A stretch of 64,000 bases of DNA, taken from assembly GCF_947495825.1 (NCBI RefSeq), contig NZ_CANMAH010000003.1, positions 225,065-289,064 on the forward strand. Reading direction: 5' to 3'. This DNA comes from an uncultured Psychrobacter sp. GTDB taxonomy: Bacteria; Pseudomonadota; Gammaproteobacteria; Pseudomonadales; Moraxellaceae. This document shows, piece by piece, positions 40,871 to 51,665 of this stretch. The notes under the pieces are model-generated. The model saw only the letters and a list, made by a program, of their open reading frames with translations. It made no database searches and had not been told where the DNA came from. The position numbers and the translations under genes are program-made. Positions within the stretch are counted from its first letter, which is position 1. Each line of letters starts with the position of its first letter.

Positions 40871-41752
40871 TTAATAAAAGTCATTACGACCAGCATACTT
40901 CTTATTGAGTGCGCGTAGTATTGCATAAGTCTCCAAATCCATTACACCCGTTGGTCGCTGCGGACGAAAATGCAGCTGAAACGCATAAACCACATCACGG
41001 CTGGCTTTATCCCATTCATTGCTATCGTTGATTTGGTAACCGTAATTGCGAAATTCTTGCTTAATATCAGGTATCGTCGCCGATGCAAACTCGTTTTTAT
41101 TGATAATAAATTGCTTATCAAATTCATCATACCAAGCGCCAATGCCGTACTCATTATGCAGACGCTCCCAAGGGAACTTGGCACCGGGGTCGATTTTGCG
41201 TGACGGCGCTATATCAGAGTGACCGACGATGTTTTTTGGAGAGATGTCATAACGCTTGGCAATGTCTTGCACCAGCTCGGCGACCTTTTTAATCTGCAAC
41301 TCATCAAATGCGACAAAGTGCTCATAAGGATGATATTGCAGCTCATCATTTTTTAGGGTATTGCGATATTCAGGTTTAATGCCGCTATTTACAATCTCGA
41401 TGCCGATAGAGGTATCGTTGAGGATGGTTCTACCCGCAAATCCGCTGTTGCCCGCATGCCAAGCACGTTCACTCTCATCTACTAAGCTATAAATCTTATC
41501 ATCGTCGTTATCCAAAATGAGATAGTGCGCGCTCACATTACCTGTGGTCAGGGTTTTGATCGAACGTTCATTATCTGAGACGGTGTAGTGCAAGACGATG
41601 GTTTTGATACGCTGGCTTTTGCCAGTAGCTTGGTAGGTTTCGCTATCGATGACATAACGCGGCGTCGATGTTGCCACGCAGCCGGTGAGTGGCAAAGTCA
41701 TAAACGCTGTTAATACTGATGCAAGTGTTAAATAAGGGATGTTTTTTGCCAT
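40871..41752 (-). CDS. N-acetylmuramoyl-L-alanine amidase (AmiD/AmpD family) lipoprotein
   Basis: The lipobox is LPLTGC. Amidase_2 motifs are present: IVLHYT, RAWHAG, GIEIVN, GHSDIAP and KIDPG. Confidence 0.85.
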   Translation of the reverse strand: MAKNIPYLTLASVLTAFMTLPLTGCVATSTPRYVIDSETYQATGKSQRIKTIVLHYTVSDNERSIKTLTTGNVSAHYLILDNDDDKIYSLVDESERAWHAGNSGFAGRTILNDTSIGIEIVNSGIKPEYRNTLKNDELQYHPYEHFVAFDELQIKKVAELVQDIAKRYDISPKNIVGHSDIAPSRKIDPGAKFPWERLHNEYGIGAWYDEFDKQFIINKNEFASATIPDIKQEFRNYGYQINDSNEWDKASRDVVYAFQLHFRPQRPTGVMDLETYAILRALNKKYAGRNDFY

Positions 41753-41849
41753 GAAATGCTCGGTATAAAAAAGAATGCTAGTAGATGGTCGAAACGAAAG
41801 TGAGCAGCGTGTTCTAGTGCTGGTACTGTATTATTTTATATCGATTGTA

Positions 41850-43229
41850 TCATTGCTTATATGTGGCGCTACCTTCAAGACTGACGCTACTAACAGGAAT
41901 TATCCTCTTATAACCAATCGCCCCTAAAATGATAAATACTGCCAATAACATATAAGCGTTCAATGATAATGCAGCAGGCGAGAAGGGTAGTAGTAACAGC
42001 GATATAAAGATGAGACTGACCAAGACTGCGAGATAATTTAACAGGCTCGCTTGCTTCTTTCTGCGCTCATTGATTAAATCAGCGGACGTCACATAAGCGA
42101 AGCCGACGGTAATACCCAGCGATGCCATACTGACAATATCAAGTAGATAGTTTCTGCCAAGCCATGGCGAAAATAGGCAAACCAAACATATCAATATGAC
42201 GGTTTTTTTCTTACTAAAATGATGATTATTATCGGTAAACACACTAGGTAGTAAAGAGGAGTCGCCCATCGATTCTAACAGTTTGACTGAGGATAATATA
42301 AAGCCATTGATACCGCTAAGTATGGAACCAATCATAGCGATGGACAGCAGTGCAATGCCGATGCTACCGATACGGTTATGTATACCTTCACCAGTGGCCC
42401 AATTGCTATCTTTGATTGCTTGGTAATCAAAATTCATATTTAAGGCGGTAAAATAATTGATCAAAAAATAGAATAAAACACCAGCGACTAATGAAATTAA
42501 GATAATGCTTTTGGTCTTGGTTTTTGAGTCACTAATAGATTTGGAAATCTGCGGTGTGGTCTCAAATCCGACGTATGCCCAAGGCATGACAGCGAGAATA
42601 GGTAACCATGCTAAGCTTGTGATGGAGCTGCTTTGCATATCAGTAGGCAAAAAGGGCTGCGTAGCTGGCGTGACCCAAAGCGAGCCAAAAAACAGCGCGG
42701 TGACTGACACAATCATAAATAGGGCGATATACAATTGGATTTTTGCCCCGACTTGTACTCCTCTTAGATTAATATAGCTAAATAAAATGATGGCGGCACT
42801 ACATAAGAACACTTCGCTGGCGTAAACCTCCCAACCAGCAATCGTATACAGGTAGCCTAGCTGTAAGCTACTGGGCAACAGATACCTTAATAGCAAAGCG
42901 ACGGCTGATATGTTGAGCGCCACGATAGAGATATAGCCTATCGCCACGCCCCAGCCATAGACATAAGCGTGTTTTCTATTGATGTATTTTTCGATCCAAT
43001 AGATACCGCCTGACTCATTCTCTGGCGTTTGGGTTAATAAATTAATATAGGCTTGGGCAACCATATAGATGGCTAACGTACCAATGATGATGGCGACAGA
43101 TGAGCCTAATAGCTGCGACTGCGGCAAAAATAAATCGCCTGGCATTACATAAGCACCCCAGCCAATAATCGCGCCTACACTAATCGCTATTGCTTGTAGG
43201 TAGCTGATGCTCTCAGTCTTTTTACGCAT
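41850..43229 (-). CDS. APC superfamily amino acid/polyamine permease
   Basis: The protein has about 12 TM segments. The N-terminal SVGAIIGWGAYVMPG is typical of the APC family. Confidence 0.75.
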   Translation of the reverse strand: MRKKTESISYLQAIAISVGAIIGWGAYVMPGDLFLPQSQLLGSSVAIIIGTLAIYMVAQAYINLLTQTPENESGGIYWIEKYINRKHAYVYGWGVAIGYISIVALNISAVALLLRYLLPSSLQLGYLYTIAGWEVYASEVFLCSAAIILFSYINLRGVQVGAKIQLYIALFMIVSVTALFFGSLWVTPATQPFLPTDMQSSSITSLAWLPILAVMPWAYVGFETTPQISKSISDSKTKTKSIILISLVAGVLFYFLINYFTALNMNFDYQAIKDSNWATGEGIHNRIGSIGIALLSIAMIGSILSGINGFILSSVKLLESMGDSSLLPSVFTDNNHHFSKKKTVILICLVCLFSPWLGRNYLLDIVSMASLGITVGFAYVTSADLINERRKKQASLLNYLAVLVSLIFISLLLLPFSPAALSLNAYMLLAVFIILGAIGYKRIIPVSSVSLEGSATYKQ

Positions 43230-43431
43230 ATATTCCTCTTTGAGAGCTAGATGGATGCTCGCTGCAAAAGCTTACTTGTCGTAAAGTCGATATTGCAGTT
43301 AAAACACCTTTAACTTTTGTGGTAAATGGTAATGGTTTTGAATAGCAGTTATGAATATGAAATACTGAATCAAACTTTGTTTTTGCTTAAGTTCGAGAAT
43401 GATACTAAAGGTTTTTTTGGGTTAAGTCTTT

Positions 43432-44178
43432 TTAGTCCTTCCGAATCTTTTTAGCCAAAACGGTTTTCCAACTTTCCTCCAAACACTCAATAGCCAGCCA
43501 AGGCTCGATCACCTCAGCAGCATATTTTTCTTTTGAGTTTGATAGTTGCCATAACGTTTCAAGAGTGGCAAACGGATAAGGGCGCTCGATGAGATAAACG
43601 GGTAAGTCGGCACTAATCATGCCGTCACGCACGACTTCAAAGTACCAGCCAGCGATCCCTTGCTTGCTCACCCATGCAGCGATGTTGGGTACTTTAGTAA
43701 ATTGGCCGATTTGGTCATTAATCTTATAGCAAGGGCGACGCGGCTGGACGATACGTAGCTGGACGCTGTTGTCGTCATTCATATCCCCATATTGAAAAAC
43801 GTCACCGATACAAACGGTAGTTTCTTCCATCTCAGGCAAACCATCTAGCGCTTCGGTGGTTAGGTTTTCGCCCAGTGTGCCGATGCGTACCTTTAAGCCA
43901 AATTCTGCATTAATCTTTTCATAAGTCGCAGGGGGCAGTTGATGCACCGCTTTTTGTGGGCCGCCATGATGCCGACGATCGGCTTGCTCATCGGTAGTGA
44001 GACCCATAAAGTTGACGGCAACGGGGGCTTTGATCGGTGCTTTATCGATAGCGCTCAGCTGCTCGCGGGCGAATGGCATGGCCTTACCTGCACGTACGCA
44101 GGTTAGATCAGCGATATGCATGGGCAGGGTTTGGTTAAAGTCTGCTTCGTTTTTTTGGGTAGAAACTTTTATACTCAT
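43432..44178 (-). CDS. MOSC domain-containing protein (YiiM-like)
   Basis: DRRHHGGPQKAVH, GENLT and QPRRPCYKIN (the conserved MOSC cysteine). Confidence 0.85.
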   Translation of the reverse strand: MSIKVSTQKNEADFNQTLPMHIADLTCVRAGKAMPFAREQLSAIDKAPIKAPVAVNFMGLTTDEQADRRHHGGPQKAVHQLPPATYEKINAEFGLKVRIGTLGENLTTEALDGLPEMEETTVCIGDVFQYGDMNDDNSVQLRIVQPRRPCYKINDQIGQFTKVPNIAAWVSKQGIAGWYFEVVRDGMISADLPVYLIERPYPFATLETLWQLSNSKEKYAAEVIEPWLAIECLEESWKTVLAKKIRKD

Positions 44179-44333
44179 GGCTTTTCCTAATTTATAAGGA
44201 TTTATTAGGCAAGGGGTTATATCATTACTGATAACAATGATGAGTATTATCTTAGCCTAATCATTTATCTGATTATATGGTATTGGTATTTTAAAATTTA
44301 TTAGCACTATAAAACTCAAACAAAAAAAGCCAG

Positions 44334-44366
44334 ACAAAAAAAGACCAGAATAGGCATCTGGTCTTT
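44334..44366 (-). terminator. rsfS rho-independent terminator
   Basis: An A-tract on the + strand is followed by a perfect 9-bp stem aagaccaga/tctggtctt. Confidence 0.75.
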
Positions 44367-44408
44367 ATCTTTAACAATGCATTGTCGTAAGCCGTCTAAA
44401 TGACAAGA

Positions 44409-44810
44409 TTAGTTGCGACGACCGGCTTTCTTTTCGCGCGGAGTTGCGACCAGCTCAGCTAGGCTCTCTGGTGAGGACCATAGGCCCTCTAGGTCATAAA
44501 ACTCGCGCGCAGCTGGCGTCATCATATGCACGACGACTGCACCCAAATCAATCAATGTCCAATCAGAGTCTGTACCGCCTTCACGGCCAAGAGGCATAAA
44601 GTTAGCTTGCTTAGCTTCAGCACCGACGCTATCTGCCATCGCACGTACATGGCGCTTAGAGGTGCCTTCAGCAATGACGATTCGCTCCATGACATCCGTC
44701 AAATCTTCGACATTGATCACGGTAATGTTCTTGGCTTTCATATCTTCTAACGTGTTTTCAACGACAGTTAAGCACTCTTTTAAGCGTTTGTCGTTCATAG
44801 TATTAATCAT
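44409..44810 (-). CDS. rsfS: Ribosome silencing factor
   Basis: The core is RsfS/IojAP-like (DWTLIDLGAVVVHMMTPAAREFYDLEGLW). The gene lies downstream of nadD, as in many bacteria. Confidence 0.9.
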   Translation of the reverse strand: MINTMNDKRLKECLTVVENTLEDMKAKNITVINVEDLTDVMERIVIAEGTSKRHVRAMADSVGAEAKQANFMPLGREGGTDSDWTLIDLGAVVVHMMTPAAREFYDLEGLWSSPESLAELVATPREKKAGRRN

Positions 44811-44964
44811 AAATTTTAATCTCTTGAAACGTAAATATTAAAAATAAAGTAGTAAAAAATAAAGTAGTAAATAGCCAATTAGTCTTACTCAGTTGATTTT
44901 ATATAGCCAGTCATGGGTGAGGGCTAGACAATCAAAAGGACAAATTGACAATGATAAAACGATT

Positions 44965-45810
44965 TTAACGGAATTGAGCAGCAGAATATAGCTGATGGGC
45001 AATAATATATTGATAAACAGTAGGATTTATTAGTTGAGTTAAGGTACTTGGTGCAGTATCCGCTCTAGCAGCACTTATCTGTAGCTGTTTGCGAATCTCA
45101 GTACTCGATATGGCACTGACTTGGTGCTGATCAATATAAATGCGTCCTTGGCTGGCGCTTTTCAAGGGTGCGCGGTTGTGTACCGAGTCATTGAATGGCT
45201 GTACTAAGTCCTGTACTGTCTTGGTGGTTTGCGCTTGTAGCTGCCTGGGAAGTTCGCTATAGAGAACATCGATATCTTGCAAAGATAGTGAGCGTGAGTC
45301 ATCGTTTGTATGGGCGACTGAGTTTGGTATTGATAAATCGGAGTTTTCTGTACGATTAAAAATCCATAGATTTACATAGTTGGTGAGCCGAAGCCCATCT
45401 TTCCACTTATCCAAACTACGGGCACTGTCCATACCCATAATAAATATTAGACTGTCGTATGGGTGGCGCTCACGTAGTGTCTGGACGCTGTTAATAGTAT
45501 ATACAGGTGGCGTCTGCCACAGCTCAAGCTCGCTAATCTGTAGGGGGGTGTTGGTTGTCACAAGCTTTAACATCGCCAGACGATGCTTGGGATTGGTGCT
45601 CTCGTCTTTAAAGGGCGAGCGCGCATTGGGTAGTAATGACACATGTAGTTCACACTGTTGTCGCTCAGCGATGGGTAATAAAACCTGATAGACACGCATG
45701 GCTATCTGCAAGTGACCTTTATGCACAGGATCAAACGAGCCGCCAAGATAAGCACGGATAGCGGGAGGCGGTGTTAAGTTATCGTCTTTATGAAGATTGG
45801 GAACTGACAT
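44965..45810 (-). CDS. nadD: Nicotinate-nucleotide adenylyltransferase
   Basis: GGSFDPVHKGH (the HxGH motif) and ISSTEIR. I placed the start at Met 45810 because the ORF-track start at 45888 would overlap the pta terminator. Confidence 0.85.
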   Translation of the reverse strand: MSVPNLHKDDNLTPPPAIRAYLGGSFDPVHKGHLQIAMRVYQVLLPIAERQQCELHVSLLPNARSPFKDESTNPKHRLAMLKLVTTNTPLQISELELWQTPPVYTINSVQTLRERHPYDSLIFIMGMDSARSLDKWKDGLRLTNYVNLWIFNRTENSDLSIPNSVAHTNDDSRSLSLQDIDVLYSELPRQLQAQTTKTVQDLVQPFNDSVHNRAPLKSASQGRIYIDQHQVSAISSTEIRKQLQISAARADTAPSTLTQLINPTVYQYIIAHQLYSAAQFR

Positions 45811-45886
45811 ACGCAGATAAAACACAGTAATAAAACAGGTTGGCCTCATTGTAGAGGACAAGGGCACTGCTGTCATTAACAACCAC

Positions 45887-45918
45887 AAAAAAGCCGACTA
45901 TCTATATGATAGTCAGCT
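45887..45918 (-). terminator. pta rho-independent terminator
   Basis: An A-tract on the + strand is followed by an 11-bp stem agccgactatc/gatagtcagct (one mismatch) with a 5-nt loop. Confidence 0.7.
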
Positions 45919-45944
45919 CTGAGTTTACAGCAGATGGTAGATGC

Positions 45945-48089
45945 TTAAATCAAATCGCTATAAGCCTGAATGGCAGTCAAAGCGATGGTATAAACGATAT
46001 CATCAACCAGTGCGCCGCGCGATAGATCGTTTACTGGTTTATTCAAACCTTGTAGCATCGGGCCGACACTGATGACATTAGCGCTACGCTGCACCGCTTT
46101 ATAAGTGGTGTTACCCGTATTTAGATCAGGGAAAATAAACACATTGGCTTGTCCAGCAACCTTGGAGTCAGGCGCTTTTTGTTTACCGACACTCATAACC
46201 GAGGCGGCGTCATATTGTAGTGGGCCATCAACCGCCAATTCAGGTGCGCGCTCGCGGACGATCTCCGTGGCACGTGTGACTTTTTCAACGTCAGCACCAG
46301 TACCTGAAGCACCTGTCGAATAGCTAATCATAGCGACTTTTGGCTCAATGCCAAACGCGGCAGCAGACTGTGCTGATTGAATAGCAATTTCAGCCAATTC
46401 TTCAGCCGTTGGATCGGGGTTGATAGCACAGTCACCATATACGACCACTTGCTCAGGCAGTAGCATAAAGAATACTGACGATACTAAAGAGTACTGCGGA
46501 GCGGTCTTAATCAGCTGAAATGCAGGACGTACGGTGTTAGCTGTGGTATGAATTGCACCTGAGACCAGACCATCGACCTCATCCATCTGTAGCATGATGG
46601 TGCCTAGATAAACCGTATCTTGCAGATATTCAGCCGCCATCTCTTCTGTCGTTTTACCTTTACGGCGCTCAACGACTGCCGCGATATATTTATTCATATC
46701 GAGCGTATCAGGGTCGATGATCTCAAGCCCTTCTGGCAAAATTAAATCGCGGTTTTTGGCGACTTGTTCGACATCCTCGCGCTTAGCGATTAGCACACAG
46801 TTAGCAATACCGCGGCTTTGACAGATACAAGCGGCTTCTACCGTGCGTGGTTCAGAGCCTTCTGGCAACACCACACGCTTTTTGGCATTTTGTGCTTTTA
46901 CGACGACTTGATGACGAAAAGCCGCTGGTGATAAGCGCGGTTTGTGATCGCCGCTGAACTGCTCTTTGATCCAGCTTAAGTCTAAATGTGCGGCCACATA
47001 ACGAGTAACGTCTAGCGCGCGCTCGGTGTCATCACTTGGAATCTCAGCACTCATGTGCATAAGGTTCTGCACGGTCTCATAACTATCGGTCTCGACACTC
47101 ATGACAGGAATGCCAGTTTTGATCGCAGATTGCCATAGCTCAGCGACGGTCTCATTTGGTATCACGCCGCCTGTTAATACTAGGCCTGCCAAAGGAATAC
47201 CATTGATACAAGCCAAAGCTGCGGCCAGTAATAAATCATCACGGTCACCCGGTACGACAATCAAAGTACCACGATTAAAGACTTCATCAATACGTGCAAT
47301 CGAGCGAGCCGTTAAACTGATATGATTGATTCGGCGCGTTTTTGCTTCGCCGACGTTTAGCCAAGTGGCATCAAGCTCAGCAGCGATATCCCAAGTACGA
47401 GGAACAGATAACGAGTCGCTAAACGGTACGACACCGATTAAGCGAAATTGCTCAGTATCAAAATGCGGTGACAAGCGTTGCACTTCTTGAATGAAGCTCT
47501 TGTCAAGCTCAAAGACAGCTTCACCAGGGGCAACTGGCTGGTTCTCAAAGGTATTGGGCACATCGACTCGCATCAAGATGCAGCCTAACGTACGCTCACT
47601 TGCGATGCCGCCAAACTCACGCGCATGCATATCGAGCTTATCAGCAAGGTGGGCGGGGTTTTGGGTATCAGCCGTACTGACAAAGATAACTCTTGCATCA
47701 AGTGCGTGAGCGATAGCGCGGTTGACCTGGGCTGCATAAGAAGCTTCAGTCGTCGAAACCAAGCCTTCGCAAATGATCACATCTTGTTCACCTTCGATGG
47801 TGTGGTAATTAATAACCACTTCTTCCATCAAGTCATCAAGGTTGCCATCTCCAATCATACGCTCAACGCGCTGACGGTTGATGGACTTGGGCGGAGTGAG
47901 ACCAAAAGCATGCATGGTTAATGCGCTTGAGCTGTCCAAGCTGTTTTGTTTATCAAGCGTATCATCTTGCAAAAACGGCTTCATAAAGCCCGCTTTGATA
48001 CCGTTATAATCTAATGCGCGAATCAAGCCTAGCGCAGCTGACGTCACACCGATACCGCGACTGATAGGGACAAGTAATATGGTTTGCAT
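45945..48089 (-). CDS. pta: Phosphate acetyltransferase (long form with DRTGG/AAA-like N-terminal domains)
   Basis: At 714 aa the size matches E. coli Pta. The C-terminal PTA_PTB domain has VVYGDCAINP and GPMLQGLNKPVNDLSRG. The gene lies downstream of ackA. Confidence 0.95.
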   Translation of the reverse strand: MQTILLVPISRGIGVTSAALGLIRALDYNGIKAGFMKPFLQDDTLDKQNSLDSSSALTMHAFGLTPPKSINRQRVERMIGDGNLDDLMEEVVINYHTIEGEQDVIICEGLVSTTEASYAAQVNRAIAHALDARVIFVSTADTQNPAHLADKLDMHAREFGGIASERTLGCILMRVDVPNTFENQPVAPGEAVFELDKSFIQEVQRLSPHFDTEQFRLIGVVPFSDSLSVPRTWDIAAELDATWLNVGEAKTRRINHISLTARSIARIDEVFNRGTLIVVPGDRDDLLLAAALACINGIPLAGLVLTGGVIPNETVAELWQSAIKTGIPVMSVETDSYETVQNLMHMSAEIPSDDTERALDVTRYVAAHLDLSWIKEQFSGDHKPRLSPAAFRHQVVVKAQNAKKRVVLPEGSEPRTVEAACICQSRGIANCVLIAKREDVEQVAKNRDLILPEGLEIIDPDTLDMNKYIAAVVERRKGKTTEEMAAEYLQDTVYLGTIMLQMDEVDGLVSGAIHTTANTVRPAFQLIKTAPQYSLVSSVFFMLLPEQVVVYGDCAINPDPTAEELAEIAIQSAQSAAAFGIEPKVAMISYSTGASGTGADVEKVTRATEIVRERAPELAVDGPLQYDAASVMSVGKQKAPDSKVAGQANVFIFPDLNTGNTTYKAVQRSANVISVGPMLQGLNKPVNDLSRGALVDDIVYTIALTAIQAYSDLI

Positions 48090-48186
48090 AGCGTATCCTA
48101 CTGTTTAATTATTATATCCTTGAGGGAGTTTATTATATCGAGGAAATCATAAAAAGCGCTTACTTCTTGTAGAAGCAGTCTGCTTT

Positions 48187-49419
48187 TTAGGCGATACCTA
48201 GCGCTTGGCGGGTCTCTTGCGCAATACGGCACTCTTCATCGGTTGGCACAACCCATAGCTCAATACTGCTATCGTCGCTATGGAAACTACCTTCGCTACC
48301 ACCGACTAGGCTGGCGTTTTTGTCCGCATCAAACTTGATACCAAAATGACGCATAACATCTAAGATGCGTGCACGAGTCGTTTTTGAGTTCTCTCCAATA
48401 CCACCAGTGAATACAATACCAGTAAATTCAGGCAGCGCACAGCTCAAGCTGGCCAGATACTTGCCAACGCGATAACAGAACATCTCAATGGCGAGCTGCG
48501 CATCTTTATGACCTTCATTGGCCGCCTCTTCGATGGTACGCAGATCGTTAGATAATCCTGAGATACCGAGCAGACCGCTTTCGCTATTGAGCATCTTATC
48601 GATCTCCTCTAAGCTCAAACCAAGCTGACGCTTTAGATGAATATGTAAGCTTGGGTCGACATCACCACTACGCGTACCCATCATCAGACCTTCAAGCGGT
48701 GTGAGCCCCATACTGGTATCTAAGCTTTTGCCATCATAGACAGCGGTCGCAGAGCAGCCATTACCCAAATGCGCGGTCAACCAACCATGAGGGCCTTTGG
48801 CATCTGTAATCTGGCTTGCTCGTTCTGAGACGTAGGCGTGCGAAGTACCGTGAAAGCCATAGCGACGGATTTTGTGGTCTTCATATAATGATTTTGGAAG
48901 CGGATAACGATAGGCAACTGGTGGCATAGTTTGGTGAAAGGCAGTGTCAAACACGACAACTTGCGGGATTTCAGGATAGATAGCTTGTACAGCTTCGATA
49001 CCAAGCGCATTGGCAGGGTTGTGTAGCGGAGCCAATACCTTTAGGCGTTTTACTTCTGATAGCACATGTTCATTTACACGAACGGCTTCTGAGTATTCAC
49101 GGCCGCCATGTACCACACGATGACCGACTGCAACGAAATGATACTGCTCGAGTAGCTCAAGGATTCTTTTTAAGGCCAGCTCATGACGGCCACCTGCAAT
49201 GGCAATCTCTAATTTTTTGCCATCTAAGGTGTTGTGTTTAATACGGGCAGTGTCCAAACCGAGGTTTTCAGCAAGACCGGTGATACGGGTTGATTCATCT
49301 TCGCTGATTAGGGCATATTTGATAGAAGATGAACCACAGTTAAGTACCAAGGTAGGATTAGTCAGTGTTGATGTCGTATCTTGATCGCTGAGAGTGGGGT
49401 TAACGGCGCTGTCGCTCAT
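48187..49419 (-). CDS. ackA: Acetate kinase
   Basis: VLNCGSSSIKY, RRYGFHGTSH and FTGGIGENS. Confidence 0.95.
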   Translation of the reverse strand: MSDSAVNPTLSDQDTTSTLTNPTLVLNCGSSSIKYALISEDESTRITGLAENLGLDTARIKHNTLDGKKLEIAIAGGRHELALKRILELLEQYHFVAVGHRVVHGGREYSEAVRVNEHVLSEVKRLKVLAPLHNPANALGIEAVQAIYPEIPQVVVFDTAFHQTMPPVAYRYPLPKSLYEDHKIRRYGFHGTSHAYVSERASQITDAKGPHGWLTAHLGNGCSATAVYDGKSLDTSMGLTPLEGLMMGTRSGDVDPSLHIHLKRQLGLSLEEIDKMLNSESGLLGISGLSNDLRTIEEAANEGHKDAQLAIEMFCYRVGKYLASLSCALPEFTGIVFTGGIGENSKTTRARILDVMRHFGIKFDADKNASLVGGSEGSFHSDDSSIELWVVPTDEECRIAQETRQALGIA

Positions 49420-49876
49420 GCTCTATCCTTAGATTATGTTTTATGAGGGGTGGTTGCTATACCTCGATAACTATAAGGTTAAAGATTGGCGCTCGTCAAG
49501 GCATCATAACATCTGTTCACTGAACATCGCTGCTGGCTTGCAGGAGCTATAGCAAGCGCTATAAAGGTAAGTTTGCTTGTTATCAAAATTGTAAGAAAGT
49601 TTGTCAGCAACATTCTAAACGCCTTTTTTGATAATCCGTAAGCATTTAAGCACAGACAGACTTACATGAGATAAATTAAGAATAGTCAAATAGATAGAAA
49701 GATAATAAGGCGAGGTTTTAGATCGATGTAGCCAAAAATCAGCAAAATTATCCGTCAATAAAACTCAAGACCAGCACAGCTTTAGTGAATAATGCTATGA
49801 TTGGCTCGTGCTAAATTTTAACGCTCTTTTATAACACTTCTTATAGCGTCTCCACTGTTGCAAGGTTATCTGTCAT

Positions 49877-50191
49877 ATGTTTACTATACGCCGCTCTTTA
49901 GATATCAGAGGCACGCAAAATTTATCTGCCAACTCCGGTCGACATGCTATCTGGACATTGATGATTGGCAGCGCTGTTATGCTTGGTCTGTCAGGTTGCG
50001 GACAAAAAGGGGATCTTTACTTAGCAGAGCCTAGCAGTCAGACGGTTGCTGCCTTAGATCAACTAGATAGTACCAGTCATCCCCAAGATGCCGCTTTTGC
50101 TACTATTGATGATGACAACTATGACAAGAGCAGCTATTTAGAGCAACAGCAGGTACTGCCTAGCGCCAGTGACGATCCTAACGATTACTAA
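49877..50191 (+). CDS. lptM: LptM (YifL)-like small lipoprotein
   Basis: The lipobox plus family motif LSGCGQKGDLYL compares with E. coli YifL LTGCGLKGPLYF. The gene lies upstream of lysA-dapF. The true start may be Met 49961. Confidence 0.6.
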   Translation: MFTIRRSLDIRGTQNLSANSGRHAIWTLMIGSAVMLGLSGCGQKGDLYLAEPSSQTVAALDQLDSTSHPQDAAFATIDDDNYDKSSYLEQQQVLPSASDDPNDY

Positions 50192-50231
50192 CTTTAATAA
50201 TTGATAACCTGATTAGATTTGAGAACCCGAT

Positions 50232-51587
50232 ATGAGTGAGACTAAATTGCAAGCTGGCGGTGTAACTATCCATACTGAGCAAGGAATGTATGTCGATCCG
50301 GCAGCCTTAACCAACCATTTACCCGAACTGCACTATAACCAAGGTGAGCTATGGATGGAGCAGGTAAGTATTCGTGAGTTGGTAGAGCGCTACGATACAC
50401 CATGCTATGTATATTCGCAGCAGGCAATACTCGATGTGTATCAAGCCTATAGCGACAGCTTTGCAGCGATTGATCATCAGATATGCTATGCGGTAAAAGC
50501 AAACTCAAATCTTGCCGTGTTGGGTGTGCTTGCGACAGCAGGTGCGGGGTTTGATATTGTCTCGCGCGGTGAGCTTATGCGCGTATTGGCAGCAGGTGGA
50601 CAGGCTGATAAAGTCGTGTTTTCAGGCGTGGGCAAAACCAAAAGCGATATCGAATATGCGCTAACTCAAGGTATTGGCTGCTTTAACGTTGAGTCTATTA
50701 GCGAGTTGACACTAATTAATGAGGTAGCACAGCAGCTTGATAAGCGTGCACCGATATCGCTACGGGTCAACCCTGATGTCGATGCCAAGACTCATCCATA
50801 TATTTCAACTGGTCTAAAAGACAACAAGTTTGGTATTGCCCATGAAGAGGCCGTCGCTGTCTATGAGCAGGCCGCTGCTTTATCGCATATCGATATCGTT
50901 GGGATTGACTGTCATATTGGCTCACAATTAACGGAAGTCGAACCCTTTATTGCTGCTTTGGATAAAGTCATTGAGCTGGTCCATAGCTTGCGTGAAAAAG
51001 GTATTGAGCTGCGTCATATTGATTTGGGCGGCGGCTTGGGGGTGCGTTATATTGATGAGTCGCCCGTCTCTATTCATGACTTTGCGCAAGCACTCTTACC
51101 GAAACTGACTGAGCTTGGCTTACCAGTGTTTTTTGAGCCAGGTCGCAGCATGGTCGCCAATGCCGGTATTTTGCTGACCCGTGTCGATGTATTAAAACCA
51201 ACAGCGCACAAAAACTTTGCCATTGTTGATGCTGCGATGAATGACTTGATACGTCCAGCGCTTTATCAAGCAGAAATGGCAGTGATTCCTATGACATTAT
51301 CCAGTGAAGGTATCGATACAGATGACACCCAGCCGTGGGATATCGTCGGGGCGATTTGTGAGACTGGGGATTTCTTAGCAAAAGATCGTCTATTATCACT
51401 TGCAACAGGCGACGTTTTAGCCATTACTGGTGCAGGGGCGTATGGCTTTACCATGAGCAGCAACTATAATTCACGCCCGCGCGCAAGTGAAGTCATGGTT
51501 GCAGGAAGTCATCATCAGCTAATTCGCAAACGTGAAACTACTGAAGCTCTATATGCAGATGAGATACTTTGGCAAAATGCAAAGTAG
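50232..51587 (+). CDS. lysA: Diaminopimelate decarboxylase
   Basis: YAVKANSNLAVL (PLP lysine), HIGSQ, EPGRSMVANAG and CETGDFLA. Confidence 0.95.
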   Translation: MSETKLQAGGVTIHTEQGMYVDPAALTNHLPELHYNQGELWMEQVSIRELVERYDTPCYVYSQQAILDVYQAYSDSFAAIDHQICYAVKANSNLAVLGVLATAGAGFDIVSRGELMRVLAAGGQADKVVFSGVGKTKSDIEYALTQGIGCFNVESISELTLINEVAQQLDKRAPISLRVNPDVDAKTHPYISTGLKDNKFGIAHEEAVAVYEQAAALSHIDIVGIDCHIGSQLTEVEPFIAALDKVIELVHSLREKGIELRHIDLGGGLGVRYIDESPVSIHDFAQALLPKLTELGLPVFFEPGRSMVANAGILLTRVDVLKPTAHKNFAIVDAAMNDLIRPALYQAEMAVIPMTLSSEGIDTDDTQPWDIVGAICETGDFLAKDRLLSLATGDVLAITGAGAYGFTMSSNYNSRPRASEVMVAGSHHQLIRKRETTEALYADEILWQNAK

Positions 51588-51634
51588 AGTGCATTACAGA
51601 TAGAGTAGCTGCCAATCTTACCGCTGTAATAATG

Positions 51635-51665
51635 ACCCATTGTTATCATGACAATGGGTTTTTTA
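51635..51665 (+). terminator. lysA rho-independent terminator
   Basis: A perfect 9-bp stem acccattgt/acaatgggt with a 7-nt loop is followed by ttttt. Confidence 0.75.
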
